Virus record (IMG/VR): IMGVR_UViG_3300028275_000006
Coordinates: 148,543 to 212,542 of that record
DNA: 64,000 nucleotides
Direction: 5' to 3' (one strand)
Below the pieces are notes generated by a model. The model made no database searches. It saw nothing but the letters and a program-made list of their open reading frames with translations, and was not told where the DNA came from. The position numbers and the translations under genes are program-made. This document shows, one piece after another, positions 1 through 9,026 of the stretch; within the stretch, counting starts at the first letter, position 1, and each line of letters starts with the position of its first letter.

Positions 1-191
1 TTATCCGGAATAAAAAATACAACTGTTTGTAAATGATCCAATCCTTCTTCTGCTAACCACCAACGGATAGGATACGCGGCTTTAGCACGAGATTCCCACT
101 CGTCCCACTCTTCGCTAGTCCCACACTTTAGTTTAGTAGTACCACGAAGCCAATCTGCAAATTTTGAACAAGTCCAATAATGATTACGCAT
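1..191 (-). CDS. hypothetical phage protein, 5' part only (MRNHYWTCSKFADWLRG...), runs off the window
   Basis: Translated by hand from ATG at 191; open frame to position 1; not in ORF track. Confidence 0.7.
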   Translation of the reverse strand, partial: MRNHYWTCSKFADWLRGTTKLKCGTSEEWDEWESRAKAAYPIRWWLAEEGLDHLQTVVFFIPD

Positions 192-192
192 T

Positions 193-327
193 TTAATCTA
201 TCTTATCTATTCCGTAGAGTTGCATGAAGCCGACCTTGTACACCGAAAACTCTATTGCCTCACTTAGTGTAGCAAACGTTCTCGATGAAAGTGTTCCAGC
301 AGTCATGTAGTATCTTACCTTATACAT
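193..327 (-). CDS. small hypothetical protein, 44 aa (MYKVRYYMTAG...)
   Basis: Hand-translated ORF that fills the gap between the ClpP-like stop and the next ATG. Confidence 0.55.
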   Translation of the reverse strand: MYKVRYYMTAGTLSSRTFATLSEAIEFSVYKVGFMQLYGIDKID

Positions 328-329
328 CA

Positions 330-893
330 CTATACTATATGATCCGCTACCCCAAAGTCAACCACTTCTTGTGCAGTTAGGTAAACATCGCTGGCTGGTA
401 GTAGTTTTGCTTTAACTCTACTTTTAACCAAGCCTGTTGTTTCGGTTAGAATTGTTATCATCTTTTCATTTAACAATTCGGTTTCTTTCATTTCTGCTTT
501 TAGGTCGTGATACTTAGCATCCATTCCGGATGTAAATTGGTGACACATAAAACTAGTATTACTAGCCGCATAACGATGCTTTTTATCACCGCAGGCAAAA
601 ATTAAAAATGCCGCACTCATGACAGCACCAATTCCAATAGTTCTTACAATATGTGGACTGCTACGCATTACATCAATTAACGCTAGAGCCTGATACAAAT
701 CTCCGCCCGTGCTGTTAATATACAAGGTCAAAGTTCTACCTTCGCCTTGTAAATTTTCATAGAGAATCCATTTGATGGCTTCGCCTACTGTATCTTCATC
801 TATCTCTCCATTCAAATAAAAAGTAGAATTTTCCAGTAATCTAAGATCAATTCTATCTTCCGCATTGAACTCATCAATTTTTTTCATTTTCAC
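330..893 (-). CDS. clpP: ClpP-like serine protease subunit (likely start ATG 887)
   Basis: YLNGEI, LYINSTGG, catalytic Ser region MSAA, His region FMCHQ, C-terminal DVYLTAQEVVDFGVADHI. Confidence 0.85.
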   Translation of the reverse strand: MKMKKIDEFNAEDRIDLRLLENSTFYLNGEIDEDTVGEAIKWILYENLQGEGRTLTLYINSTGGDLYQALALIDVMRSSPHIVRTIGIGAVMSAAFLIFACGDKKHRYAASNTSFMCHQFTSGMDAKYHDLKAEMKETELLNEKMITILTETTGLVKSRVKAKLLPASDVYLTAQEVVDFGVADHIV

Positions 894-1177
894 TCCGGTA
901 TATATTGTCCAAAGCCGTTCTCTTGGAAGTGTGTGTATACGGCATCTTTATCTATTTCATCTAATGCTTTTACTTCTTGTGCAAATGTATTAATGTTAAT
1001 AGTTCCGTTTGAACTTTTAGAACTTTTTAACATTTGGAGTATATCTGCTAAATGGCCTAATCTTTCCAATCCAACATCTACTTCTCCATCTTCAAATAAC
1101 TTGTATGCCCTTTCGGCATGGTCCGAGCAATACTCAAACATAGATGCTTCGAACTTCTGAACGTGTGCTTGTGACAT
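890..1177 (-). CDS. hypothetical protein
   Basis: ORF with SD (AAGGA) and an upstream sigma70 promoter; overlaps the clpP start. Confidence 0.7.
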   Translation of the reverse strand: MSQAHVQKFEASMFEYCSDHAERAYKLFEDGEVDVGLERLGHLADILQMLKSSKSSNGTININTFAQEVKALDEIDKDAVYTHFQENGFGQYIPE

Positions 1178-1203
1178 GATTCCTTACTTTATTAAGTGCT
1201 ACT

Positions 1204-1231
1204 ATTATAACACATTTATTTAACCTGTCAA
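1204..1231 (-). promoter_or_regulatory. sigma70-type early promoter TTGACA-16-TATAAT with extended -10 TG
   Basis: Minus strand reads TTGACAGGTTAAATAAATGTGTTATAAT. Confidence 0.7.
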
Positions 1232-1253
1232 ATACTTATCTACTCAGTTAACA

Positions 1254-1259
1254 TAAATA
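1254..1259 (+). promoter_or_regulatory. T4-like late promoter TAAATA
   Basis: CATAAATAC upstream of ATG 1284; motif recurs before many genes. Confidence 0.55.
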
Positions 1260-1283
1260 CACGTATAAAGAGCGGAGCGTAAA

Positions 1284-1565
1284 ATGGGTGATATATTCAA
1301 AATAATTGGTGATTTGGGTATGCCGGTAGCGGCGGCATTGGCAGGTGGATACTTTGTTTACCTAACAATCAAATTACTACTACAAGGTGTTTTGGGAAGT
1401 ATCAAAGGTATGGCCGGTATTATTACTGCGTTAGACAATCGTGTAAAAACAATGAACCACGATGTTGTACGTATTGATACTATTGTGTCCAACGCATTAG
1501 GTTTACGCCCTGACGTAGATCGTATTGCTAGAGCAGATGGTAAGAACGATGCTAGACGAGACTAA
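1284..1565 (+). CDS. small single-pass membrane protein (YvrJ/holin-like), paralog of 2045..2422
   Basis: LGMPVAAALAGGYFVY TM segment followed by an amphipathic ALDNRVKTMNHDVVRID. Confidence 0.6.
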   Translation: MGDIFKIIGDLGMPVAAALAGGYFVYLTIKLLLQGVLGSIKGMAGIITALDNRVKTMNHDVVRIDTIVSNALGLRPDVDRIARADGKNDARRD

Positions 1566-1719
1566 TACAAAATTACAAGATGCAATTATAACGTTGCATG
1601 ACATAGCCAGACTAATTGAACAAGAAGTTGGCCGAGGTAACCTTAGTGACGATATTAGAAACTGTGCTAATAGAGTCAATGTATTGATTAAGGAAAGAGT
1701 CGAAAATGCTGTATGTTGA
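1525..1719 (+). CDS. small hypothetical protein (start possibly 1549)
   Basis: ORF track; couples to neighbours. Confidence 0.45.
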   Translation: MLEQMVRTMLDETNTKLQDAIITLHDIARLIEQEVGRGNLSDDIRNCANRVNVLIKERVENAVC

Positions 1720-1903
1720 TTACAGTTGGGATTTAAATCCTAGCGGTATCATATTCGATGAAGAACTTGATATTGATAAGTTAGGTTGGAAGCACGGCGA
1801 TTGCTTTAGAATTACCAACGTTAATGGTAAGGCAATGCTGGTTAAAATGCACCCAGTAGAGCAATTTGTAAAAGGATACCCAGTAAATGTTCAAGAAGAA
1901 TAA
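1706..1903 (+). CDS. small hypothetical protein
   Basis: ORF track; overlapping start/stop with neighbours. Confidence 0.6.
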   Translation: MLYVDYSWDLNPSGIIFDEELDIDKLGWKHGDCFRITNVNGKAMLVKMHPVEQFVKGYPVNVQEE

Positions 1904-2045
1904 ATGGCAGTTGTGGTATGATGCACAACCCCAACACATCAAAGATTGGATGGATCAGCCAAGAGCAATTTGGTATGACAGCGATATGTGGAAGGCTGGC
2001 ATTACTGGATTAGTTGTTGGTTTAATAATAGGGATGATTATATAA
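1887..2045 (+). CDS. 52-aa protein with C-terminal TM helix (MFKKNKWQLWYDAQP...GLVVGLIIGMII)
   Basis: Hand-translated; TAATG overlap with the ATG at 2045; not in track. Confidence 0.65.
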   Translation: MFKKNKWQLWYDAQPQHIKDWMDQPRAIWYDSDMWKAGITGLVVGLIIGMII

Positions 2046-2422
2046 TGGATGTCGTAGAGTTAGTCAATAAGTATGGGTTTCCAATCGTTATGGCGGTTGG
2101 TATGGGTTTCATTATCAAATACGTTTGGGAATGGGCCACAAAAGAAGTTAAGCCAGTTATCAGCGATGCTAATACTGTGTTGATTGCTCTTATCGACCGT
2201 ATCCGTATGCTAGACAATGACTTGATTCGTCTTAACCAAAAAGTTAATACAGTCTTACACCTACGTGGTAAGATGATTGAATCGGATCGTGTTATGGAAA
2301 CTGCACTTGTAGAAGCACAGGCTAACAAGAAGTTCCACGAAGCAATGGAAGAAGCAGACAAGATTGGCGCAAAGAAAGTTGACCCGGACGATAAAAAGAC
2401 TGCGGCCGCTGGCGAGAGTTAA
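2045..2422 (+). CDS. single-pass membrane protein (YvrJ/holin-like); true start 2045, not 1988
   Basis: KYGFPIVMAVGMGFII TM segment; ALIDRIRMLDNDLIRL aligns with 1284..1565. Confidence 0.65.
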   Translation: MDVVELVNKYGFPIVMAVGMGFIIKYVWEWATKEVKPVISDANTVLIALIDRIRMLDNDLIRLNQKVNTVLHLRGKMIESDRVMETALVEAQANKKFHEAMEEADKIGAKKVDPDDKKTAAAGES

Positions 2423-2424
2423 TA

Positions 2425-3129
2425 ATGTCAACAATTATAGCCACCTTGGTGATGGTTCAAATCACCATAGCCTGTGTTACCCTTTATCTTCATAGAGGAC
2501 AAACACACAGAGCAGTAACATTCCATCCAGCAGTAAATCACTTCATGCGTTTTTGGCTTTGGCTTACAACAGGTATGGTTACCAAGCAATGGGTAGCAAT
2601 ACATCGCAAACATCATCAAGCCAGCGATACAGATTTAGATCCGCACAGTCCACAAGTTTACGGTATTAAAACTGTGCTATTCAAAGGCTGGAGTTTATAT
2701 CACTCTGCCAGTAAAGATACCGCAATGGTTGAAAAGTTAGGAGTAGGTACTCCTGATGATTGGCTAGAGCGTAATGTTTACACCCTACACAGCCGCCTTG
2801 GAATTCTCTTAATGTTAGTCATAGACTTATTGTTCTTTGGTCCTTGGGGTATTCTTGTGTGGGGCATTCAAATGATATGGATTCCATTCTGGGCCGCTGG
2901 TGTTATTAATGGACTGGCACATTGGTGGGGATATCGTAATACTGACACCAAAGACACTAGCCGTAACTTATGGCCTTGGGCTATTTGGATCGGTGGTGAG
3001 GAACTACATAACAATCATCATGCCGATGGGGCCAATGCTAGTTTCCGTCAACGTTGGTTTGAATTAGATATCGGTTGGATCTATATTAAGGTACTACGCT
3101 TCTTTAACCTTGCACAGGTTAGGAATTAA
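2425..3129 (+). CDS. membrane fatty acid desaturase (delta-9/DesA-like)
   Basis: Three His boxes HRGQTH, HRKHH, HNNHH and TM segments. Confidence 0.9.
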   Translation: MSTIIATLVMVQITIACVTLYLHRGQTHRAVTFHPAVNHFMRFWLWLTTGMVTKQWVAIHRKHHQASDTDLDPHSPQVYGIKTVLFKGWSLYHSASKDTAMVEKLGVGTPDDWLERNVYTLHSRLGILLMLVIDLLFFGPWGILVWGIQMIWIPFWAAGVINGLAHWWGYRNTDTKDTSRNLWPWAIWIGGEELHNNHHADGANASFRQRWFELDIGWIYIKVLRFFNLAQVRN

Positions 3130-3868
3130 CAGCAATAAACTCTGCTTCAGGAATACGTGTCTTAGTATTCTTACTTCCTAGTACTACTACAATTCTGCGT
3201 CCTATTTCTGTATCCAACATCATTACTATGCAACCTCCACTGGCTCTTATGTAGCCAGTTTTGCTGACAATAAATTCATGACGCTTGCCAATAATTGGAT
3301 TAGTATTATTAAAGATAAACCACTTTTTCTTTATCTTAATTTTAACCTGCGGTGTGCGTGATGCTTCAATAATCTCTGCGTAGTTCTTTGCCGCTAGAAC
3401 TAGTTTAATTAAATCAGTGGCTGTGCTTACATTAAACACACTAAGCCCTGTAGGTTCGACATACTTTGTGTCGTGCATACCTAACAGATGTGCTTTAGTA
3501 TTCATTGCTCTAACACAGGCATCCTTACCATTAGGATAGTATTGACACAGTAGATCAGCCGCTTTGTTGTCGCTGTGTACTAATGCTAGTTGTATTGTTT
3601 CGGCTCGGGTATACTTACCGATTTGTTCATCTAAGTTTTGATTAGCATCTAACACAACCATTGCCGTCATTAGTTTAGTAATGCTGGCAATACTACGCTG
3701 TTGATCTATGTTTTCGCTTTGAATAATTCTGCCGGATTCATCGGCCACGAGCCAGCTCTGAGCGGTGATAGACAGAGGTTTGGCAGTGGCGGCGCTTGTT
3801 TGCCCATGATGTAAAAAGGCAAAAAATACCAATATAGATATAACTCTACACATCTGTCTATTGTACAC
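3119..3868 (-). CDS. peptidase S11 D-Ala-D-Ala endo/carboxypeptidase (PBP7-like)
   Basis: Signal peptide; SxxK (SITK), SxN (SDN) and KTG motifs. Confidence 0.9.
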   Translation of the reverse strand: MYNRQMCRVISILVFFAFLHHGQTSAATAKPLSITAQSWLVADESGRIIQSENIDQQRSIASITKLMTAMVVLDANQNLDEQIGKYTRAETIQLALVHSDNKAADLLCQYYPNGKDACVRAMNTKAHLLGMHDTKYVEPTGLSVFNVSTATDLIKLVLAAKNYAEIIEASRTPQVKIKIKKKWFIFNNTNPIIGKRHEFIVSKTGYIRASGGCIVMMLDTEIGRRIVVVLGSKNTKTRIPEAEFIAVNS

Positions 3869-3889
3869 TCTGCTATAATCTCTGTCAAA

Positions 3890-5941
3890 TTATTTTTCAT
3901 GTGCTATGAATTCACCATTCCAATTATCTGGAAGGTTCTGTTCTTTCATAAACTCGCAACGTTCAATCCAGATTTTGTAGTACTTGTCCATTTGTCCACC
4001 AAAGTTGCCTTTTAGTTTTTTACACATAGCGGCTGCTTCGTCGAACTTCTTTTGTTTATACAAGGCATGCATCAACTCGTGCTGTACTTTATCTTTACTG
4101 TAATCTTCACCTTTGGTTCTTAATGCTGTATAGATTAAGTCTGCTACAGTTTTGCCTTTAGGTTGTAAGTTATCTAGCATTAGATAGAAGAAGTCATCTT
4201 TAGTACGGTTGTAAGTTTCAGCACCGATGATACATAACACGCCATAGGCCTTACAACGTGCTTCTAAACGAGCGGCGGTTGAAACCATGTCACCTAAGAT
4301 GTCGTAACTATGTCTGTCAGTTGATCCCATCTCACCAATAAAGCCAATACCTGAGTTACAACCCCAACCCATTGCGGCTGGTGGTAAGCCTTGTGCTTCC
4401 ATTAGTTTAGTATACTCATCAACAGCATCTAACATCTGTAAACCAACAGCAACAATAGTACGGGCATGATTAGGATCTTCAATCGGAGCACCGTGTATGT
4501 GCATACTTGCGTCACCTACATACTTTATGACCATACCCTTGTTGTCCATGATAGGCTGACTAATAGCATCCATGTAACCGTTCATATACTTGCCTAATCC
4601 AGCAACATCATCACCGTAGTGTTCTCCAATGGGTGTAAAGCCACGCAAGTCACTGAACATAACGGATACGTCTTTACGCACACCACGCTTGATTAGGTCT
4701 GGATCTTTTTGTAGCATTTCTACTACTTCCTTACTACAGTATCCAGCGAACTGTTTCTTAATTGCCTGTTTCTGTAAAAACTCGCTTATAAACTTAACGC
4801 CATAACAATGAAGAGCAACGATAATAAGGCCAAACGCGATCGCAGTCGCGTCTCCCAAGACGAGCCAATTATTGAAAGCGTAGATAGTACCAGGAACGAT
4901 GGCACCAACAATAACCACAGTAGCACCAATGCCAACATAAGTCCACCTCGATAAGAAAATTAATAATATGCCAAGTGATACTAATGCTAAAATTTCAACC
5001 CCGTCGGCATAGTCGGGACGTTGAATAACAATGCCGTTAACCATTGTACCAATTACTGCGGCCTGCACTTCGTGAGGAAATACAGCACCTTTGCTTGTCG
5101 GTAACGGATTACTAATACCAGCGGCAGTAGGACCTACAATAACGACGGCGCCACCTAAATCTTTTGGAAGTTTAACAGCACTAACGCTATGAGCTTCTTG
5201 GCTCCAATCGATCCAAATTCTTCCTAAACTATCTGTAGCAATAGGACCAAACTTTGGAATACGCATTTTCTCAACGCCGCCTTCAAAAAGTTTTACTTGG
5301 AAGGTAGAGTCTCCTGCGGCGACTCTAAGTGTCTCTAAACTCAATGCTGGATATAATTTGCCGTCTACAGTAACAATTAACGGCATGCGGCGATTAACAC
5401 CATCTACTTCTGGAAGTGTTCCTGTAATGCCAACACCTGCGGCATTTTGTTCTAGTTGAGGAACGTTGGCGATTAGTCCCGGGTATTGAATAATTTGATC
5501 TAGATGTTCTGGACCTAGTACAGCCGATCCTGGAACACGTGGTGTATTCTTTGTTTTCTGTGCTGGCGCACTTCCTAGTACTACAGGGAACTCTTTTAGA
5601 GTTTGTCCTAGCGCACCATCTCCACCAGTACGATCTGTCTCTGGCATAAGAACATTAAGTACAACAAGTCCTGCATTTCTTTGGTATAGTTCCTTCACAA
5701 GTTTAGCATATTCTGCTCTTGGTAAGGGCCACTGACCATATTTGTCTAACGTGGCTTCGTCGATATTTACAGTAACTATGTTGTTAACTGTAACTTCTTT
5801 ACTTGTAATTAATGTGTCAAAATAACGTAGTCTTACGCTTTCAACAAATGTAGGATCTGCAACTCTGACACCAACAACTAGTGCTAGAGTTAGTAAAGCA
5901 GTCCATGGACTTACTAGTATTTTTTTGAATTGTATTTTCAT
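3890..5941 (-). CDS. CHASE2-domain class III adenylate cyclase
   Basis: N-terminal TM, periplasmic CHASE2 (GQWPLPR, DGVNRRMPL), 3 TM, then FSDLRGFT, IKYVGD, YDILGD, AARLE. Confidence 0.92.
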   Translation of the reverse strand: MKIQFKKILVSPWTALLTLALVVGVRVADPTFVESVRLRYFDTLITSKEVTVNNIVTVNIDEATLDKYGQWPLPRAEYAKLVKELYQRNAGLVVLNVLMPETDRTGGDGALGQTLKEFPVVLGSAPAQKTKNTPRVPGSAVLGPEHLDQIIQYPGLIANVPQLEQNAAGVGITGTLPEVDGVNRRMPLIVTVDGKLYPALSLETLRVAAGDSTFQVKLFEGGVEKMRIPKFGPIATDSLGRIWIDWSQEAHSVSAVKLPKDLGGAVVIVGPTAAGISNPLPTSKGAVFPHEVQAAVIGTMVNGIVIQRPDYADGVEILALVSLGILLIFLSRWTYVGIGATVVIVGAIVPGTIYAFNNWLVLGDATAIAFGLIIVALHCYGVKFISEFLQKQAIKKQFAGYCSKEVVEMLQKDPDLIKRGVRKDVSVMFSDLRGFTPIGEHYGDDVAGLGKYMNGYMDAISQPIMDNKGMVIKYVGDASMHIHGAPIEDPNHARTIVAVGLQMLDAVDEYTKLMEAQGLPPAAMGWGCNSGIGFIGEMGSTDRHSYDILGDMVSTAARLEARCKAYGVLCIIGAETYNRTKDDFFYLMLDNLQPKGKTVADLIYTALRTKGEDYSKDKVQHELMHALYKQKKFDEAAAMCKKLKGNFGGQMDKYYKIWIERCEFMKEQNLPDNWNGEFIAHEK

Positions 5942-6474
5942 TTTTTAAATCCTGGCTTTGGTAAGTGGTTGCGGCCGTAACTAATTCTACTGCCTATAAT
6001 TTGTTCTAATGCTGTATGTAAGGCTTGTCCTGATAAATGTTTACGCAACCATTTTTCTGCTAAGTTGTTAATAATCTTTTCATTAGCGTGTGCAAAGCCG
6101 CCTTTACTTTTAGCGTGTACATAAGCGTGATATGCTTCGTGGGCCGCAACAGCAACGTCTCGTGCCGCGGTGCTGTCTAGATTTGGTAAGTTGATACTGC
6201 CAACGCCGTCGCCTGTATCCCTAAACATTGGATCTCCGCTACTCTGGTAGACATAATACATTCCAGGACCTAATTCGTCATCATCGTCAGTTACTCTATC
6301 TCTACCTAGAATATTTCTAACTACATCATATGCTGTCCAAAGCGTGGCTGCAGGTTCTCTGCTTAATTTTGTAGTTGGAAGCATTATTTTATCTTCAGGA
6401 TCGAAGTCACCATATCTTGCTTTTAAATCGGCGTCACTTGCTTCTGCTTCTTTTATAAATTCTTTTGCTCTCAT
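5938..6474 (-). CDS. MRAKEF-family protein with HExxH zinc-metalloprotease-like motif; true start 6474
   Basis: ATG at 6474 gives MRAKEFIKEA; HEAYH with downstream NEKIIN. Confidence 0.7.
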   Translation of the reverse strand: MRAKEFIKEAEASDADLKARYGDFDPEDKIMLPTTKLSREPAATLWTAYDVVRNILGRDRVTDDDDELGPGMYYVYQSSGDPMFRDTGDGVGSINLPNLDSTAARDVAVAAHEAYHAYVHAKSKGGFAHANEKIINNLAEKWLRKHLSGQALHTALEQIIGSRISYGRNHLPKPGFKK

Positions 6475-6614
6475 GATCTTGGTGCCGCGCCGTTTCGAGT
6501 AGCAGGATCCCATGAGTGGCAACCCTTGGGTCGTCCGTCTTTGTCGCAAAATGCTATTCCGGCGCAGCCTGCTAAGGTTGTAATAATTGCTAATATTAAG
6601 ATGTTTTTCAGCAT
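6471..6614 (-). CDS. 47-aa lipoprotein (MLKNILILAIITTLAG-C...) missed by the ORF track
   Basis: Lipobox LAGC; TAAATA 4 nt upstream; ATGA overlap with next gene. Confidence 0.75.
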   Translation of the reverse strand: MLKNILILAIITTLAGCAGIAFCDKDGRPKGCHSWDPATRNGAAPRS

Positions 6615-6632
6615 CCAATATTTAGTTAGATT

Positions 6633-9026
6633 TTATTGGCGAACAACTGTGCTACAACCCGCTGGATTTGTACAACTTTGAATGATGCTAAATGATTTGC
6701 CGCCTGTTTGTTGCAGGTCAACACTGGCTGGGCCACCTGCGTTAGTTACATCAATAACTGCTCTGTTAGCAGTATTTCCTGTTTGTGTCACTAGTGCTGA
6801 GTTGTTATTTCCTGTTAGTGTAATATCAGCGAAATGGCCAGCACCGCCAGACTGTGTAGTGTTTACAGTATTAATATCGCCTGTAACTTTACTGAACAAT
6901 ATGTGATTACCGGTTTGTGTATGATTTACAGTATTACCATTTCCTTGTATTTTAGTTTCAGCATAATTTGAACCACTAGCATTTGACTGATTAGTAGTTA
7001 TGTTATTGCCCCACCCAGGCACTTCTTGCTTTAAGTAGTTACTGCCAGTTTGAGTATTATTAACAATATTGTTGTTTCCTTCTAAGGTAAATTCGATTTT
7101 GTTCTTAGTACCACTTTGTGTAATAGTTACATTATTGTTAGTACCGTATGTTTGTGTGATGTACAATTCGTTATTGTAGTTTTGTGTACCGTTGTTCCAA
7201 GTATTAATTCTAGTTTGTTTAACATCTATATCTGCTGGAGGAACGTATGAGCCACCGCTACCTATAACTTGATCACCAGGCGCATTTGTTTGTGTAATTG
7301 TTCCACCTTCAACTACTGGTCCTAATAAAACTGTTGTACCCGACACGTCAACTACTGCGCTGTTAGAATAAACAAATCCACTAGTGTCAATTGTATTTGT
7401 TTCAGTAATCCACCCTGTAGTAAATGCAGAGTTAGGTACGTTCATACGGCCTGCACCGTAGTCCCATTGAAAACGTAGTCCATAGCCGCCGGTGTCGTTC
7501 CAGTACCATGCTTCAAAATTATAAGTCTGTCCTGCTACTATGTCTATCCAGCCAGACGCTGTATAGCCACCTATACTCTGAAGTTGGAATGTAGATCTAT
7601 CGTTGATAACTGTTTGTCCGTTTACACTCATAACAAATCCGTCATCGCTGTTGCTATAGAAGTATAATCTATATACAGTACCTGCAGGATAATTTTGTGT
7701 CGTCGGAGCAGTAATCGTTCCGTTGAATCTAACTAAGGTACCAGTGTCCATATTTGGAAAACTGCCGTTAGTCGGAACATAAACTCCGTTACTAGTTGTA
7801 CCAATACTAACAGGCTGTCCACCAGGTGGCATATCAGGTACACGATATGGCCCTAACCAGTTTTTAATACAACCTAACCAACCGCAGTTATAAGTGTAAG
7901 GATCGAATTTGTAGACTTTATAGTTTAATCCCTGCTGTATGTTTTGTGTTGTAGTTGTTGCTGTGCCGTTTGCTTCTATGGTGCTGCCATTAACGCCGGT
8001 TGTAGTAACTGTATTAATTGGTGTTGTAGTTGTTGTCAGAACACCGTTTACAATTTTTGTAGTTACTACGTTAGACGCAACCTTAGTTTGATATACTGCT
8101 TCAGTACCATTTGTACTTGTGCTAGTTCCGTCGCTGTAAGTTGTTGTAGTTACAGGTGTGCGATAAACAGTAGTTGTATTACCATTAACCACAGTTCTAG
8201 TTGTATAAGTTACACTAGTTCCTGTTACTGTAGGAGTCGGAGCAGGAGCCGCACCGGCAGTTGCGCCCGTGCCAGCATTGGTCACTGACATTGTGTTATT
8301 ATATCCACCAGCAGTACCACTAGTAGTACCACCAGTAGCACTAGGGCCGCCACCGTTAGCGTTAGCAACTAAGCCAACTGTACTCGAACCAGGCACTCCA
8401 TCGCTGTTAACGATACAGGCATTTGATCCGCCCCATGCACCTTGACAAGCACCGAACCCTGGATTTGATACCCAACCTTGTGCTGTTATATTATTATAAG
8501 GCCCAAACTCCGGGTTATACAATAAGTTGCCGCCGCCATTAAGTTGGAATGTAGGAGCACGATACCAAGGACCATAATCACCTGCCCAGTAACTTCCATC
8601 AATACCGTACATACTGACTGTGGCATAGGCTACTTGGCTTGCTTGTGCCGCAGTAAGCGTTGCACTGATAGTTACTGTAGTCCAAGGTACCGCAGTATCA
8701 ATACAAGGATTACCACACACAGCATTTGGGTTTGGTAAGTTAGCAGAGTTAGTTGAGTTTACGCTAGTGATTAATCCACCACTGCTGTTATAGAACTGTA
8801 TCTTTACGTTAGCCGTATCACTTTGTCCTGCACGGCCGCCGCCGTTGTGTGCTAGTACACTCATTGTAAATGTACCGCCTTGTTGCATATTACTATCAAA
8901 CACTACTTGTTGACTAATTGTAGTAGTAACATAAGCAGTAGCAATAGCATTATAAGTCACAGCCTGACTATGTGCGCTAATGCACACAGTTAAAAACACA
9001 AGGAACTGTAATAAACGTTTTATCAT
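6633..9026 (-). CDS. secreted 797-aa protein: FBA-like lectin domain, Thr-rich linker, PA14 domain, C-terminal curlin-like repeats
   Basis: Signal peptide; GIDGSYWAGDYGP; SDDG...GQTYNFEAWY; repeated (I/V)xQxGxxN. Confidence 0.75.
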   Translation of the reverse strand: MIKRLLQFLVFLTVCISAHSQAVTYNAIATAYVTTTISQQVVFDSNMQQGGTFTMSVLAHNGGGRAGQSDTANVKIQFYNSSGGLITSVNSTNSANLPNPNAVCGNPCIDTAVPWTTVTISATLTAAQASQVAYATVSMYGIDGSYWAGDYGPWYRAPTFQLNGGGNLLYNPEFGPYNNITAQGWVSNPGFGACQGAWGGSNACIVNSDGVPGSSTVGLVANANGGGPSATGGTTSGTAGGYNNTMSVTNAGTGATAGAAPAPTPTVTGTSVTYTTRTVVNGNTTTVYRTPVTTTTYSDGTSTSTNGTEAVYQTKVASNVVTTKIVNGVLTTTTTPINTVTTTGVNGSTIEANGTATTTTQNIQQGLNYKVYKFDPYTYNCGWLGCIKNWLGPYRVPDMPPGGQPVSIGTTSNGVYVPTNGSFPNMDTGTLVRFNGTITAPTTQNYPAGTVYRLYFYSNSDDGFVMSVNGQTVINDRSTFQLQSIGGYTASGWIDIVAGQTYNFEAWYWNDTGGYGLRFQWDYGAGRMNVPNSAFTTGWITETNTIDTSGFVYSNSAVVDVSGTTVLLGPVVEGGTITQTNAPGDQVIGSGGSYVPPADIDVKQTRINTWNNGTQNYNNELYITQTYGTNNNVTITQSGTKNKIEFTLEGNNNIVNNTQTGSNYLKQEVPGWGNNITTNQSNASGSNYAETKIQGNGNTVNHTQTGNHILFSKVTGDINTVNTTQSGGAGHFADITLTGNNNSALVTQTGNTANRAVIDVTNAGGPASVDLQQTGGKSFSIIQSCTNPAGCSTVVRQ

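Noticed and set aside
1988-2044. N-terminal extension of track ORF 1988..2422
   Set aside because: Overlaps a 52-aa ORF ending in TAATG at 2045, which defines the real start
6475-6618. N-terminal 48 aa of the track ORF 5938..6618
   Set aside because: Region is better explained by the overlapping lipoprotein in another frame; true start is MRAKEF at 6474
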